DNA of 62,113 nucleotides from a virus (Duplodnaviria > Caudoviricetes): IMG/VR virus record IMGVR_UViG_3300021962_000103, positions 1 through 62,113 of that record; one strand, given 5' to 3'. Positions 9,127-19,771 of this stretch are shown here, piece by piece; within the stretch, counting starts at the first letter, position 1; the number at the start of each line of letters is the position of its first letter. The position numbers and the translations under genes were made by a program. The notes below the pieces were generated by a model, which was given only the letters and a program-made list of their open reading frames with translations, was not told the DNA's origin and searched no databases.

Positions 9127-10356
9127 TTAGAAATCAAGTTTTACTTTGATTAGAACTTCTTTATCGAATGATTTTGGAATTGGTTGAGATGTTTTGGCAA
9201 CTGCAATCATTTCATTAGCATCATTATATAAACCAACAGTTGTGATGAAAGTTTTAGGGTCTCTTTCAAAAGTTGATTCTGCAAATGTTCCATCAGAACC
9301 AGTTGTAAATGTTGGGTTGTTTGAGAAGTTAAATTCTCTATTTGTTGCTCTTACGAAATAATGAGATGTAGAAACATTTTCAGTTCTTCTTGCTTCGAAA
9401 TCAGCACCACCTTTGATTGCATTGTACAATAAGAAATGGTTTTTACCTTCATAAGCAGTTCCAGTGTAAATAGATTTACCACCAAGTGAACCACTATCTT
9501 TTGATGTTCCAATTGTAGTGTGTAACGCAGTTGGGTTAAGAATAACTAAACCTTGGTCAGGATAGAATAAACCATATCCCCTACCATTTGCATCATATCT
9601 ATTAGCGATTGTTGCTTCTGCATCTTGTCCTAAGTTAATCGAACCACTAACTACATAGAATACTCTACCTGCTTTACCAACCGTATCAGAGAATTTTTTA
9701 CCTGAATCATCAATGAATGTGTGTAATCCAGTTGAACCAGAAACAGTTAATTCCCAGTTTCCAGCATCCATTTTCTCTTTGTATCTGGCACGAGATACAT
9801 TAAGTACATAGATATCAGAAGAATCGTGTACACCTTCACCTGATGAAGAATCAAAAGTAAAGAATTGGTCATCTTGTTCTAATAAAATAGAACGATATTG
9901 AGCATAAGTTGCTTTGGATGCCAAAGTAGATGAATTATTTGCATCTAAGTTAACTGAACCACTAGCATATTTGTGTCCATACGCAACTGCAAATTGTACA
10001 GCAGCAGAATCATCAGTTGTGGGGTTTGCATTATATACATTTACATAATAGTTTGAACTATCTGCAACTGCCTGAGTAGATGAAGTAAAATAAGAATTTA
10101 AACTTCCTGTATCACCACTCCATAATCCAGTAGTAACTACTTCAACTTTACCGGTAACTTGGTCAAACTCACCAAATCTTTTGTAGATACCCGAATTGAT
10201 GTTTCCACCCTGAGCACCTAATTTATCACCGCCAGATAAGTATTGGTTGATGATTGTTGATAATTGCTCAGATGTTAAATTCCCTTGTTGCGAATTTAAA
10301 TACGCAGCCAATTCTTGGGTTAAGTTAACACCGGCTTGTCCTGTAATTTGTGCCAT
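9127..10356 (-). CDS. Virion structural (tail/baseplate) protein
   Basis: REFNFSNNPTF...FITTVGLYNDANEMIAVAKTSQPIPK; Gly/Ser/Thr-rich. Confidence 0.65.
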   Translation of the reverse strand: MAQITGQAGVNLTQELAAYLNSQQGNLTSEQLSTIINQYLSGGDKLGAQGGNINSGIYKRFGEFDQVTGKVEVVTTGLWSGDTGSLNSYFTSSTQAVADSSNYYVNVYNANPTTDDSAAVQFAVAYGHKYASGSVNLDANNSSTLASKATYAQYRSILLEQDDQFFTFDSSSGEGVHDSSDIYVLNVSRARYKEKMDAGNWELTVSGSTGLHTFIDDSGKKFSDTVGKAGRVFYVVSGSINLGQDAEATIANRYDANGRGYGLFYPDQGLVILNPTALHTTIGTSKDSGSLGGKSIYTGTAYEGKNHFLLYNAIKGGADFEARRTENVSTSHYFVRATNREFNFSNNPTFTTGSDGTFAESTFERDPKTFITTVGLYNDANEMIAVAKTSQPIPKSFDKEVLIKVKLDF

Positions 10357-10378
10357 ATCTTTTTAATTCCTCTTTTTA

Positions 10379-11008
10379 TTATCTTGGTTGTACATAGGTT
10401 ATCGTTACCGGGATTGATTGTGAACCACCAGTTTCGTTACCATATACAGTCAATGTTGTCTTGATTGTTTGTGTAATATTTGGATTAGGGATGAAAGTAA
10501 ATGATAATCCTCTTTCTACTGCTGCAGTTGTTGTGATTTCATCACCCAAGAAAACTGGAATTGTACCACTTCCTGCTGCCAAACCTGCTCCTACAATAGA
10601 ACCTGCATTTTTGTTAGCAAGAACTAAAGTATATCCCGCTTGAGTGTTTCCACTTGGAGATGTTGTTGGAGTCAATGATACTTGACCCGAGTTTTGGTTT
10701 ACTGAAATGGATGGAACACCAAATTCCACTTTAGGAATTTTAGTAGTACCTTTTGGCAAAGTTACCAATTTGTACTTTAACACTTGAGTTTCATCAGGTG
10801 ATGCCTCGGTTACGGGAATCGCCTTGATTAATGCATCATAATATGCAGAACCAAGTGGGTGTGCTGGTTCGTATAAGGTGTAATCAATTTCATCATCACC
10901 TAATGCGAATTTTGTAATGTTTAATCCTTCACCGGTTGCTAATTTCTCTCTACCTTTCTTGGTAAGGATTGCATCAACGGTAATTTCGGTATTGTCTAAA
11001 TAAGCCAT
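10379..11008 (-). CDS. Virion structural protein (tail-fibre N-terminal-like)
   Basis: DAILTKKGREKLA...ITKFALGDDEIDY resembles ILTxxG...ITxMAxGDG of tail-fibre N-termini. Confidence 0.65.
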   Translation of the reverse strand: MAYLDNTEITVDAILTKKGREKLATGEGLNITKFALGDDEIDYTLYEPAHPLGSAYYDALIKAIPVTEASPDETQVLKYKLVTLPKGTTKIPKVEFGVPSISVNQNSGQVSLTPTTSPSGNTQAGYTLVLANKNAGSIVGAGLAAGSGTIPVFLGDEITTTAAVERGLSFTFIPNPNITQTIKTTLTVYGNETGGSQSIPVTITYVQPR

Positions 11009-11074
11009 AGTTTAATTTCCTCTTTACTTTCAGTATATAAATATAAGTATTCTATAAATTTTGTAATAATATAG

Positions 11075-14000
11075 TTATTCTACAATCAAAATTGGTTCTC
11101 CACTACCTCTACCACTCTCATTTACCTTCAATGTGTTCGGGTTAGTTGTAAATGTTACTACCGGCGAACCACCATCTAAAGTTGTAAGTTGGGTTTGTTT
11201 TGAACCCTTGAAATAAGAATTTTCTAATCCAGTTGTTAAATCACCAACATTTCGGTAATGTGATGCAAAGTATCCATTTAATGGTGTTGCCTCTACAATA
11301 TTACCTCCACTTGGAGTTGAAGTTTCAAGTCCATCGGAACCCGTAAATGGTAAGATAGATACTTTGTTTCTATAAAAAGTTTTACTCATTATCTCTCTAC
11401 CCAATGATGGGTCACTAGGACTGATGTTTTGTGGAACGAGAACTTCGTAACTCTCCTTTATATTAAATATCTTAACTCTTTCTTTTTGAACATTTCCCCA
11501 CACATCTAAATAAGTTCTAATTGAATGAGAACCACTTGCCCAAACTCCGAATCCTTTTACTGTAATTGAATCTGGGTCCATTCCAACTTGTTGATATGAA
11601 GTTGCATCGTATTCTCCCATAAGAGATGCACCTAATTGAGCATCAATGTTAAATACGATTCCACCCATATTAGAACCCGAATTAACGGTCATCTCACCTG
11701 ATTGGTTAGTATCATCAGTAGTTCTATAAACACCCTCGTAATCGGTTCTTTCCCCACTTAAAGAAGAAACATTAGTATCAGTAATAGTTCCATCATATTG
11801 TGGGTTTGTACCAACAAAAGAAACTTCATTTGTAGCATCAATTGTTACTTCTTTTCCTTCAAATGTAGAAACAATATTTCTTTCTTCTTCCGTATTGATT
11901 GTTACTTCAAAGTCATTTCTTTCCGCACCTGGTCTTTTCCAACCAACTTTACTTCTCTCTAAAATATGTGGTTCAATTAATAAACCTGAAGAAACTTTTG
12001 CTCTTGCAGGTACTAATGATTCTAAAGTATCAAATAATGATTTATCTATATAACGAACTAATTGAATATATTCGGTAAAGTTTAAATCAAATCTTTGGAA
12101 ATAATAATTTCTTAATTTTGTCAAAGAAGAATATGAATCACTATATTCATCAGATGGGTCACCAATATAATCATCAATATTAAATTGTCCTAAAGATTTT
12201 AGGATATCCATATTGATTTCTTTGATAGGTGAGAAAAATAATCCCAATCTATCTGAATCTATTGGTGCATTATCAAATGATTTTTTAGTTGAACGAGATT
12301 TAGAATCTAAAGAAACACCTGTATCATCTCCAACGATTTCATTTCCTTCAAAATCATATTGTGTTTCAAATCTAAATTTGTTACCAACACTAAATCCAGT
12401 TTGTGGTACGGTTGCAGTTACATCTCTATCGTATGGAGTGTAGTTGTATGGGTATTCGGATATTGATTCAAATCCACTTGCAACTGATGATGTTTGGTAT
12501 CCTTGTAAATATGCAGTGTTCTTAATATCAATTTCAACTCCACGATTTTTTGGATATTCAAAATCATTTCTAAATATCAAATCATGAGTAGATGCAGAAA
12601 TATGATTACCATCGATTGCATCGGGTAATAAAGCGTGGTTATCAATCCTTGATTCTGATAATGCAGAATTCCATAATCTGAATTCATCTATTGAACCGAT
12701 AAATGTTCCACCAATTTCTAATGTAGAACCACTCTTCCAAGAAGTAGAACCAATTGGTAAAGAAAATTCTAATGAACCGGAGTTTCTGATTCTTCCATTA
12801 AATCCTTCTTTAATATAAACTGCAAAAGTTTCGTCACTAGCATTTGTAGTTTTATTTAAAGTGATGTGATAATAATCATCATAGAATACAGGTACATAAT
12901 CGGTATAACTACTTGTTTCAGAACTACTACCACTAATAGTAAATTTAATTCTGCCCAAATAATTAGAACCACTTTCGATTTCTAATCTCCATGCATCAGG
13001 AACTTCTGCAAGTAATTGGTCTTGTTTTTCAGTTGTATTAATTCGTAATTCAACCGAATTTGGATAATCTCCTTCGTGTTCTTTCCAATCAACTGATATT
13101 TTTTCTCCATTGTTGGTAAAGTTTAATGCAGCAGTTCTATCTTCAAATGTAAATTTAGTAGTACCATTTAATTGTGGGTCTTGTGGTCCACCGAATTCCA
13201 TTACGGTTAATAATGAAGCAGGAATACCATAACAAGCCATTGCAGCATGTAATGCTCGTTTAGTACCTTTATGTTTATTAAGATATGGTAAGTTATTTAA
13301 TAATCTTCTCCAAATCTCATGTTGTCTATCCCTACCACTCATTGATGAAGCAGTTGTTCCATCTGAGTGTTTACCAAATGCATATTCCCAAAGAGCTTGA
13401 GATTGTACACCCATATCAGCATCCCACCCAAGGGATTCTAACATATGATAAACCAAATCATCTTTAATACCAACTTCGTATTTTTGTTCAAGTTTCTTTG
13501 AATTTTGTAAACCATTAATATGTGTCCACAAAATATCAAAGTGTTGACCAATCATATTGAAGAATAAGACAAAATCCTGTCCTTCATCATCATCTTGAAT
13601 GTGTGATGGTAAATTATTTACAAGATTTGATTTATTAAATTTATCATATTCTTGTGCAGATGAATGAATACTATAATACCACGAATCAACTACCGAATCA
13701 CTTGATAATAAAATTTCACCTGAATCATAAGGATATGTCCACGAATCAGAATCATTTGTTGTATATTCTGATGATGAAAAATATAAGAATTTCTCAAATG
13801 CATCAAAATCATTTTTTACTTTTTGTATTTTTTCTCTATATGAACTTACTTCGTTTGTTGCAGATACTAAAGAACCGGTTAACTCTAATATGTTATCAAC
13901 TTTATCATTATAAAATTCTATTAATCGAACTTTATACATAAAATTATCTACTCGTTCTGCAGCAGATGAATATTTTACAAAATTACTCCACCAATAATCA

Positions 14001-15748
14001 GAATCACCTTCTACTAATAATGAACCATCTTCTACTTTAGAAGTTGATACAAATTGAATATCTAAATTATCTAACGAGAATCCTGAAGATGATATGTAAG
14101 TAGATATTAAATCAGTAGATGTTGCAGAACCACTTGCTACCAAATCATCTAAGATTTGATATCCAATATCATCACCTAAACTAACACTAAAGTTTGGAGT
14201 TAATGGTGTACAATTATTAGCAATATCACCAACAATAGAAATTTGTTCAATCATTGGTACTGATTGTACTTTAGAAATCCAAACGGTTTGGTTTTCTTGT
14301 ATTGATGTTGGTAATGGTTCGTATAATTTTAAAACTAAAGATTTTGGTTGATTTAGTTTCTTTTTATATGCATTTCCTTGAGAATCAAATCCCTCTTGGT
14401 ATTCTGCAAAAGTTTCGGTATCAACTCCCCAAGTAGCAATTAATTTATTATCACCATCACCAAAGTGTAGATAATGAGTTAATAAGTTTGAAATTTCATC
14501 TTTAAAGAAAGATGTATCAAAGTGTCTATTGAATGCCTCTCTAATATCAGAAACAACTTTTCCTCTTTGTAATTTTAAATCACCCTTATCAAAAAGTATT
14601 TCTATTTCTTCAACGGCACCTTCAGTAGATTCATCACCTTCAATGTTTGTTGGTACTAATAATAACTTAAATCTTATTTTATCGTGTGATTCATCAAATG
14701 TTGAATTTGCTTTTCTTAAAACTTGTTCAACATTGAAAGTTGCTTGTCCTGATGGAGAAAATTGACCTAATACAAATGAATCATCTTTTTTACTAACATA
14801 AATTTTTACAAAGTTAGTATTGATTGATTGCCAAGTAATATCAAAATCAACATTAAACCCAACAAAATCTTTACCCTTAATCATTTCAGGATATGAGATA
14901 TTTGTAATATCAGGACCAGGTAAGAATGATTTACTTAATACATTAATACTTGCAGATTTAATTTCTCCACTTCCATTTTTTTCAGATACTGGTTGTAAGT
15001 ATAGGGTGTATTGACCTATACTTTGTAGTTCTTGTTTTGATAAAGTAAGTACTCCTGCTGCAGGTAATCTTCGTTGAGTAGTTCCAAGAGCCATTACAAC
15101 ATAATCTGCAAACTTGGATGCGTATTCAATACTTAATGGTTTGGAATCATTTATATTCCAAGAAAAAGAATTTGAACTAATCGCAACTAATGGTGAATCT
15201 ATTGCCGGAGAAACATTATTTTTTGATGCAGTTATTGTTGCTTTTACAACACCACCTGCTAATTCTAATCTAACATCTTGGTTTCTATATGTACCACGAT
15301 TTACAGTTTCTATTAAAGAAGAATATTGTTCACCAACATCTTGTCTTTCAAATAAGATATAAGTTGAATCAGTAGTAAAATCTAATGGTTCAGAAATAAA
15401 CCCACTTTCAAACTCGGTTGTATATTTTATTACATTTCCTTTATAAACATCGGGTGTAATAACAATACGAGTTCCTGTTGGGGGTGGATCTCCCGATATT
15501 GGTTCAAATGAAAATTGTAAGGCTGCATTCGGAGTATCAGTAGGATTTATTGTTTGTACAACTCCTACATTTGATTTTTCTATATTAACTCTATATGATG
15601 TTGTGTAGACAGTAGTAGTTGTAGAAGATGATGACGAACCATCACCTCCACCACCTCCACCATTACCAGATGCAGCATTGTTGTATGCCGAGTTTGTTCC
15701 TGGTGTTATAGAAAGGTCTCCTCTTTGATATGTAAATTGGTCTGCCAT
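11075..15748 (-). CDS. Large virion structural protein (baseplate wedge-like region plus LamG-like domain)
   Basis: 1557 aa; IWRRLLNNLPYLNKHKGTKRAL (tail protein I/gp7-like); FIGSIDEFRLWNSALS (LamG-like); LVPARAKVSSGLLIEPHILER. Confidence 0.65.
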   Translation of the reverse strand: MADQFTYQRGDLSITPGTNSAYNNAASGNGGGGGGDGSSSSSTTTTVYTTSYRVNIEKSNVGVVQTINPTDTPNAALQFSFEPISGDPPPTGTRIVITPDVYKGNVIKYTTEFESGFISEPLDFTTDSTYILFERQDVGEQYSSLIETVNRGTYRNQDVRLELAGGVVKATITASKNNVSPAIDSPLVAISSNSFSWNINDSKPLSIEYASKFADYVVMALGTTQRRLPAAGVLTLSKQELQSIGQYTLYLQPVSEKNGSGEIKSASINVLSKSFLPGPDITNISYPEMIKGKDFVGFNVDFDITWQSINTNFVKIYVSKKDDSFVLGQFSPSGQATFNVEQVLRKANSTFDESHDKIRFKLLLVPTNIEGDESTEGAVEEIEILFDKGDLKLQRGKVVSDIREAFNRHFDTSFFKDEISNLLTHYLHFGDGDNKLIATWGVDTETFAEYQEGFDSQGNAYKKKLNQPKSLVLKLYEPLPTSIQENQTVWISKVQSVPMIEQISIVGDIANNCTPLTPNFSVSLGDDIGYQILDDLVASGSATSTDLISTYISSSGFSLDNLDIQFVSTSKVEDGSLLVEGDSDYWWSNFVKYSSAAERVDNFMYKVRLIEFYNDKVDNILELTGSLVSATNEVSSYREKIQKVKNDFDAFEKFLYFSSSEYTTNDSDSWTYPYDSGEILLSSDSVVDSWYYSIHSSAQEYDKFNKSNLVNNLPSHIQDDDEGQDFVLFFNMIGQHFDILWTHINGLQNSKKLEQKYEVGIKDDLVYHMLESLGWDADMGVQSQALWEYAFGKHSDGTTASSMSGRDRQHEIWRRLLNNLPYLNKHKGTKRALHAAMACYGIPASLLTVMEFGGPQDPQLNGTTKFTFEDRTAALNFTNNGEKISVDWKEHEGDYPNSVELRINTTEKQDQLLAEVPDAWRLEIESGSNYLGRIKFTISGSSSETSSYTDYVPVFYDDYYHITLNKTTNASDETFAVYIKEGFNGRIRNSGSLEFSLPIGSTSWKSGSTLEIGGTFIGSIDEFRLWNSALSESRIDNHALLPDAIDGNHISASTHDLIFRNDFEYPKNRGVEIDIKNTAYLQGYQTSSVASGFESISEYPYNYTPYDRDVTATVPQTGFSVGNKFRFETQYDFEGNEIVGDDTGVSLDSKSRSTKKSFDNAPIDSDRLGLFFSPIKEINMDILKSLGQFNIDDYIGDPSDEYSDSYSSLTKLRNYYFQRFDLNFTEYIQLVRYIDKSLFDTLESLVPARAKVSSGLLIEPHILERSKVGWKRPGAERNDFEVTINTEEERNIVSTFEGKEVTIDATNEVSFVGTNPQYDGTITDTNVSSLSGERTDYEGVYRTTDDTNQSGEMTVNSGSNMGGIVFNIDAQLGASLMGEYDATSYQQVGMDPDSITVKGFGVWASGSHSIRTYLDVWGNVQKERVKIFNIKESYEVLVPQNISPSDPSLGREIMSKTFYRNKVSILPFTGSDGLETSTPSGGNIVEATPLNGYFASHYRNVGDLTTGLENSYFKGSKQTQLTTLDGGSPVVTFTTNPNTLKVNESGRGSGEPILIVE

Positions 15749-16296
15749 TTATTTTCCTATTTCTGATTTTGTGTAGGTCTATCACCTACATAATTTGCAT
15801 TATTACTATTTGGGTCTCCTGGATTAAATTCGTATGGATTATATCCACCACCTGAATATCCTCCACCATAGGAATTGCCTCCTCCACCACTTCCACCACT
15901 TGAATTTCCAGTACCAAGTTCGGTGGTTATAATTTGTGAAGAAAGTATATAAGTTTCTACTGATTTTGAAGAACCATTTAAAAGAGAAATTGTTTTAGAA
16001 TTTAATAATTCAGTTTCAGTAAATGAAAGTGTATGTGGAGTTGTAAAACCCGAACTCACTCCATCAATTAAAATCGATGCACCTTGTGGTGATGACGATA
16101 TTGAAAATGAAATAGCCCTTGTAGTTGGATTGTTAAAAACAACTGCAGGATTATACGATGAGTTAGATGATGACGAACCATTACCTCCATTACCCCCACC
16201 ACCTCCACCATTACCAGCTGCTTGGTTGTTGTATGCCGAGTTTGTTCCTGGTGTTATAGAAAGGTCTCCTCTTTGATATGTAAATTGATCTGCCAT
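15678..16296. repeat. 71-bp direct repeat (15678-15748 and 16226-16296) encoding identical N-termini of two adjacent genes
   Basis: ttgttgtatgccgag...tgtaaattg(g/a)tctgccat with one mismatch; both encode MADQFTYQRGDLSITPGTNSAYNN. Confidence 0.95.
15757..16296 (-). CDS. Gly/Ser-rich protein with PEGA-like domain
   Basis: SISSSPQGASILIDGVSSGFTTPHTL matches the PEGA pattern. Confidence 0.65.
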   Translation of the reverse strand: MADQFTYQRGDLSITPGTNSAYNNQAAGNGGGGGGNGGNGSSSSNSSYNPAVVFNNPTTRAISFSISSSPQGASILIDGVSSGFTTPHTLSFTETELLNSKTISLLNGSSKSVETYILSSQIITTELGTGNSSGGSGGGGNSYGGGYSGGGYNPYEFNPGDPNSNNANYVGDRPTQNQK

Positions 16297-16322
16297 TATC
16301 TCTCTTTTGTATATAAATATTT

Positions 16323-17147
16323 TTAAGGATATAAAATTGGTTTTATTGAACTATCTTTTACCAATAAATCGTAAATACTTTTTATAGTACCACCTATTGA
16401 TTTATGGTTCATTACTATCAATCTTACACAATCCATTTTATCTCCATTATCAAATTTTTCCTGTCCTTGCCAATGATAGTAAGAATTTTCATGATTAAAA
16501 ACATTTATTTTTAAATCATAATAAGTTACTATTCTATGTAACAAGTGTTCGAATACAAAATGAGAACTCAATGATTTATCTGAAATTAATTCTTCATTTC
16601 GATTAACCAAATCATTCTCGTTTTCTAAATACCACTTTCTTAATTTCATATAAGATTTTAAGAAATATTCAAGTAACCCATTTTGTTCTTTCCAATGAAT
16701 TAATCCAGTAGAAAAAGAAGATTTTAAATCAGGATTCCATTCAGGAATTATTTTGTTTATTTCAAACTCATTTAAAATTTCCAAACAATCTTTTGCGTAA
16801 CCACTATTTTGTATAGGAACTATTGTATCGATTGATACCATAGATTCTTTATTTATTTTTAAAGGTTTGTGTAAAAACACATCCCCATCTAATAACACAA
16901 ACTCATCGGTTCTTGTTGATAAAATAAAACATTTTAAATCATCAAAAAACCTATAATCTAAATCATCAGTATTGTAAGTTTCATCTACATATTCACCCAA
17001 TCTTTCAATCGCATCAGATGTTCCATACAATACAGTTTCATAACCTAAATCCTTTGCCATGTGAATTGATAAGTAAAACATATCATAAACATATGGAGAG
17101 TGTAACTGATTTTTAACTTTTTTTTGTAACCCCCAAATTAGTTTCAT
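16323..17147 (-). CDS. Glycosyltransferase-like protein (DUF6734-like); paralog of 38274..39059
   Basis: LSIHMAK...DDLK...EFVLLDGDVFL DxD motif...FSTG...FEH. Confidence 0.55.
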   Translation of the reverse strand: MKLIWGLQKKVKNQLHSPYVYDMFYLSIHMAKDLGYETVLYGTSDAIERLGEYVDETYNTDDLDYRFFDDLKCFILSTRTDEFVLLDGDVFLHKPLKINKESMVSIDTIVPIQNSGYAKDCLEILNEFEINKIIPEWNPDLKSSFSTGLIHWKEQNGLLEYFLKSYMKLRKWYLENENDLVNRNEELISDKSLSSHFVFEHLLHRIVTYYDLKINVFNHENSYYHWQGQEKFDNGDKMDCVRLIVMNHKSIGGTIKSIYDLLVKDSSIKPILYP

Positions 17148-17152
17148 TTATT

Positions 17153-18745
17153 TTACTTTTGAGCTTCGGTAATTTTTGTTCTATATAACCATTCATTTTC
17201 TACTGCATCTTGTGGATTTGAATAATTAGCTCCACCTAAAACACCACCCGAAGATGTTGTTTTACCCAATGGTTGGTTTCCTGCAGCTCCTTCACCCGAA
17301 CCTCCTCCGGTTGGAGATATTGCTCCACCTGCAAGTAAATTATCAGTAAACACAACCGGTTCGTAATCTAAAATAATATCAACCGGTTTTGATATTGCAA
17401 CTGGTTGTTTTGGTGGTTCTTCAAATACCGGTTCTTCTACAACTCTTGGATAATCTCTTACATCACCACCTTCTGCAATTTTAAATGAACCTTCATAATA
17501 ATTTAATGGAATTACTTGTCCATCATTGAATTTTTGAATTTGTCCACCGAACTCATTTTTATATTTTACCGATGAACCATCTTTCCAACCATACCAAGTT
17601 TTGTTAATCAAATTAGCAACAGGTTCTGGTTCTGGAATTATAACAGGTGTTTGTGATTCTGCTCTTGGATAAACACAACTTCCATCATCTTCTTGTGCAA
17701 GAGGATTATAGTTTTGAGCAGATGGGTCAGTACAACCTCTAATAATTGCTTGTTTATTTTCTAATTGAGTTGTATCGTATTTAGTACCGGCAGTAACAGT
17801 TTTTAGAATTTCTTTTGTTGCATCTAAAGTTATTTGTTCATCAAGAGTTAATATATTTTCTTCTTGAATTGCTCGTTTTGGTAAATACTTTTCAATTACT
17901 TTTATTAAAATAGAATTTATAGTTTCTATAATTTTAGATGTACTTAATTCTACATCTCGTTTTGTATTTAAAGGTTTTCCATAACTTTCTGATAGGATAT
18001 CCCAATTTTTATTTTCTATATAATATTGTGCACCTTCAGTAAGTTTATCTTTTATAGTACCAATAAACAATTCCCAGTTTATAATCTTAAATTCTGCTTG
18101 AATTAATTTTACATAATTTTCACCAGTTGCAACCGTACCATTTATAGTTAAGAATGTTCTTAATACATCTTCAACTTTAATTGCCTCAATCATTGGTTTT
18201 ACAAAATAAATCGTATCATCTCTAAAATTTCCATTTTGTAAGATAACATCTAATCTTTTTTGTAAATCACCTAAAACTTCTTCGTTTTCATCTTCCAACG
18301 GTAATACTCTAATTTCAGTTCTTGATGGTGCAATTTCATGTATCCAAAGTTTATCTTTTTGTACATTTTCAGAACCAACCCTTCTATTCAATAAAGTTAC
18401 TTGTGTTTTAAAAATACCATTTGAATATCCTGCTTCGGTAATAAGTTTTTCAACATCTATAATATACTCATCAGCACCATTCATTTTCATGTTTGATTTG
18501 TTTTGAGTAAGTAAGAAGTATTTTCTAATGTTTTCGTTATCTAATGGAATATAACGAACCATATTACCGGCGTCACCTTGTGGTAACTGATTATCGTTTG
18601 AATCAAAAACAATAAATTCAATCATATCAGATATACCCATACCAAAGTAAGATTTACCAATTTCTCTTTCGAAAATGGTTCTATCTTTGGCATTAACCTT
18701 ATACCCTTTTTTATCTACAATTTCTTTGAATCCTTTTATTGCCAT
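17153..18745 (-). CDS. Probable virion protein containing a GCTD...DDGSC motif
   Basis: LWIHEIAPSRTEIRV; GCTDPSAQNYNPLAQEDDGSCVYP; inside the structural operon. Confidence 0.6.
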   Translation of the reverse strand: MAIKGFKEIVDKKGYKVNAKDRTIFEREIGKSYFGMGISDMIEFIVFDSNDNQLPQGDAGNMVRYIPLDNENIRKYFLLTQNKSNMKMNGADEYIIDVEKLITEAGYSNGIFKTQVTLLNRRVGSENVQKDKLWIHEIAPSRTEIRVLPLEDENEEVLGDLQKRLDVILQNGNFRDDTIYFVKPMIEAIKVEDVLRTFLTINGTVATGENYVKLIQAEFKIINWELFIGTIKDKLTEGAQYYIENKNWDILSESYGKPLNTKRDVELSTSKIIETINSILIKVIEKYLPKRAIQEENILTLDEQITLDATKEILKTVTAGTKYDTTQLENKQAIIRGCTDPSAQNYNPLAQEDDGSCVYPRAESQTPVIIPEPEPVANLINKTWYGWKDGSSVKYKNEFGGQIQKFNDGQVIPLNYYEGSFKIAEGGDVRDYPRVVEEPVFEEPPKQPVAISKPVDIILDYEPVVFTDNLLAGGAISPTGGGSGEGAAGNQPLGKTTSSGGVLGGANYSNPQDAVENEWLYRTKITEAQK

Positions 18746-19770
18746 GATACTTGTTTAAGTTTATTAGGAAATAACTTATATACTAAAATTGAAAACTTCT
18801 CACCAAACTTATGTAAGAACTTTCCTTTATAATTTTGTTTTGGTAAAACACCCATTTCATATGCCATGTATTCTGACCAATCTTTTACAAAATATTTGTA
18901 AACAAATTTAGAGAACGATTTAGATGTTTTTAATTTATTAACGATTGGTTGTGCCCAAATCCAATATCCATACATAACTTTAGGATTTTGTTCTAACATA
19001 ATATCACCAAACTTGTCATCCATTTCATAAATGAAACTTGGCATAAATCCTTGGTTATATAATTCAGTACAAATAATTTTTTTGGAGGCTTGAGTATTTA
19101 AATTGTTTGCTGCGTTTGCAAAGTTGTTTTGGGCATCAACTAAATTATCTTGAAGTGTTGATATGGTTTCGTTGGCTCTATCCAATGCCTCTTTTGCTTG
19201 TTCTTGTAATTTTATAAAAGCTTCTTTTTCTGCAAGCAAACCTTGTAGAGATGCCTCACGAGAAACCCTCTCGATTGCTTCTTTTGTACCCTTAGATAAT
19301 GCAGCTTGTAAATCCAATGTTACTGATTTTAAAGTTTCATTGGTTGAATCTCTTTCGTTTTCTGCACCTGCCTTTAATAAATTTGCCAAATCCAAATCAA
19401 CATTTAATTGTTCTATTTGAATTTTAAGAGTTTCGTTTTCAGTAGTTAACAAATCTACTTCTGCTTGTAAATCCTTTATATCTAATAACGCTTGATTTAA
19501 TTCAGCACGAAGGTCATCATATACGGTTTTAAGTACAACTGCAGGAGCATCTTTTTGTGGTTTACCAATTAATTCATCTACAACGGTATCAACTGCTTTA
19601 ACAAGTTGTGTTTCGTTATAGACTGGTCTTTCCACATAACCAAATGTTTCACCATCAGTATCTTTGGTGGTATCAACGAAAATAGTTCCATCTTCCCCAA
19701 CTTCTTGTTTTAGGGCAGATGAACCTTTTTTGATTAATTCTGATAATATAAACTCGTTATCTAATGCCAT
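18736..19770 (-). CDS. Coiled-coil virion protein with C-terminal KIICTELY module
   Basis: Heptad-rich central region; SKKIICTELYNQG...GYWIWAQPIV...WSEYMAYEMG. Confidence 0.6.
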   Translation of the reverse strand: MALDNEFILSELIKKGSSALKQEVGEDGTIFVDTTKDTDGETFGYVERPVYNETQLVKAVDTVVDELIGKPQKDAPAVVLKTVYDDLRAELNQALLDIKDLQAEVDLLTTENETLKIQIEQLNVDLDLANLLKAGAENERDSTNETLKSVTLDLQAALSKGTKEAIERVSREASLQGLLAEKEAFIKLQEQAKEALDRANETISTLQDNLVDAQNNFANAANNLNTQASKKIICTELYNQGFMPSFIYEMDDKFGDIMLEQNPKVMYGYWIWAQPIVNKLKTSKSFSKFVYKYFVKDWSEYMAYEMGVLPKQNYKGKFLHKFGEKFSILVYKLFPNKLKQVSWQ

Positions 19771-19771
19771 T

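Noticed and set aside
15678-16296. Repeat pair as a DGR template/variable repeat
   Set aside because: Only one mismatch, located at gene 5' ends, and no reverse transcriptase in the window
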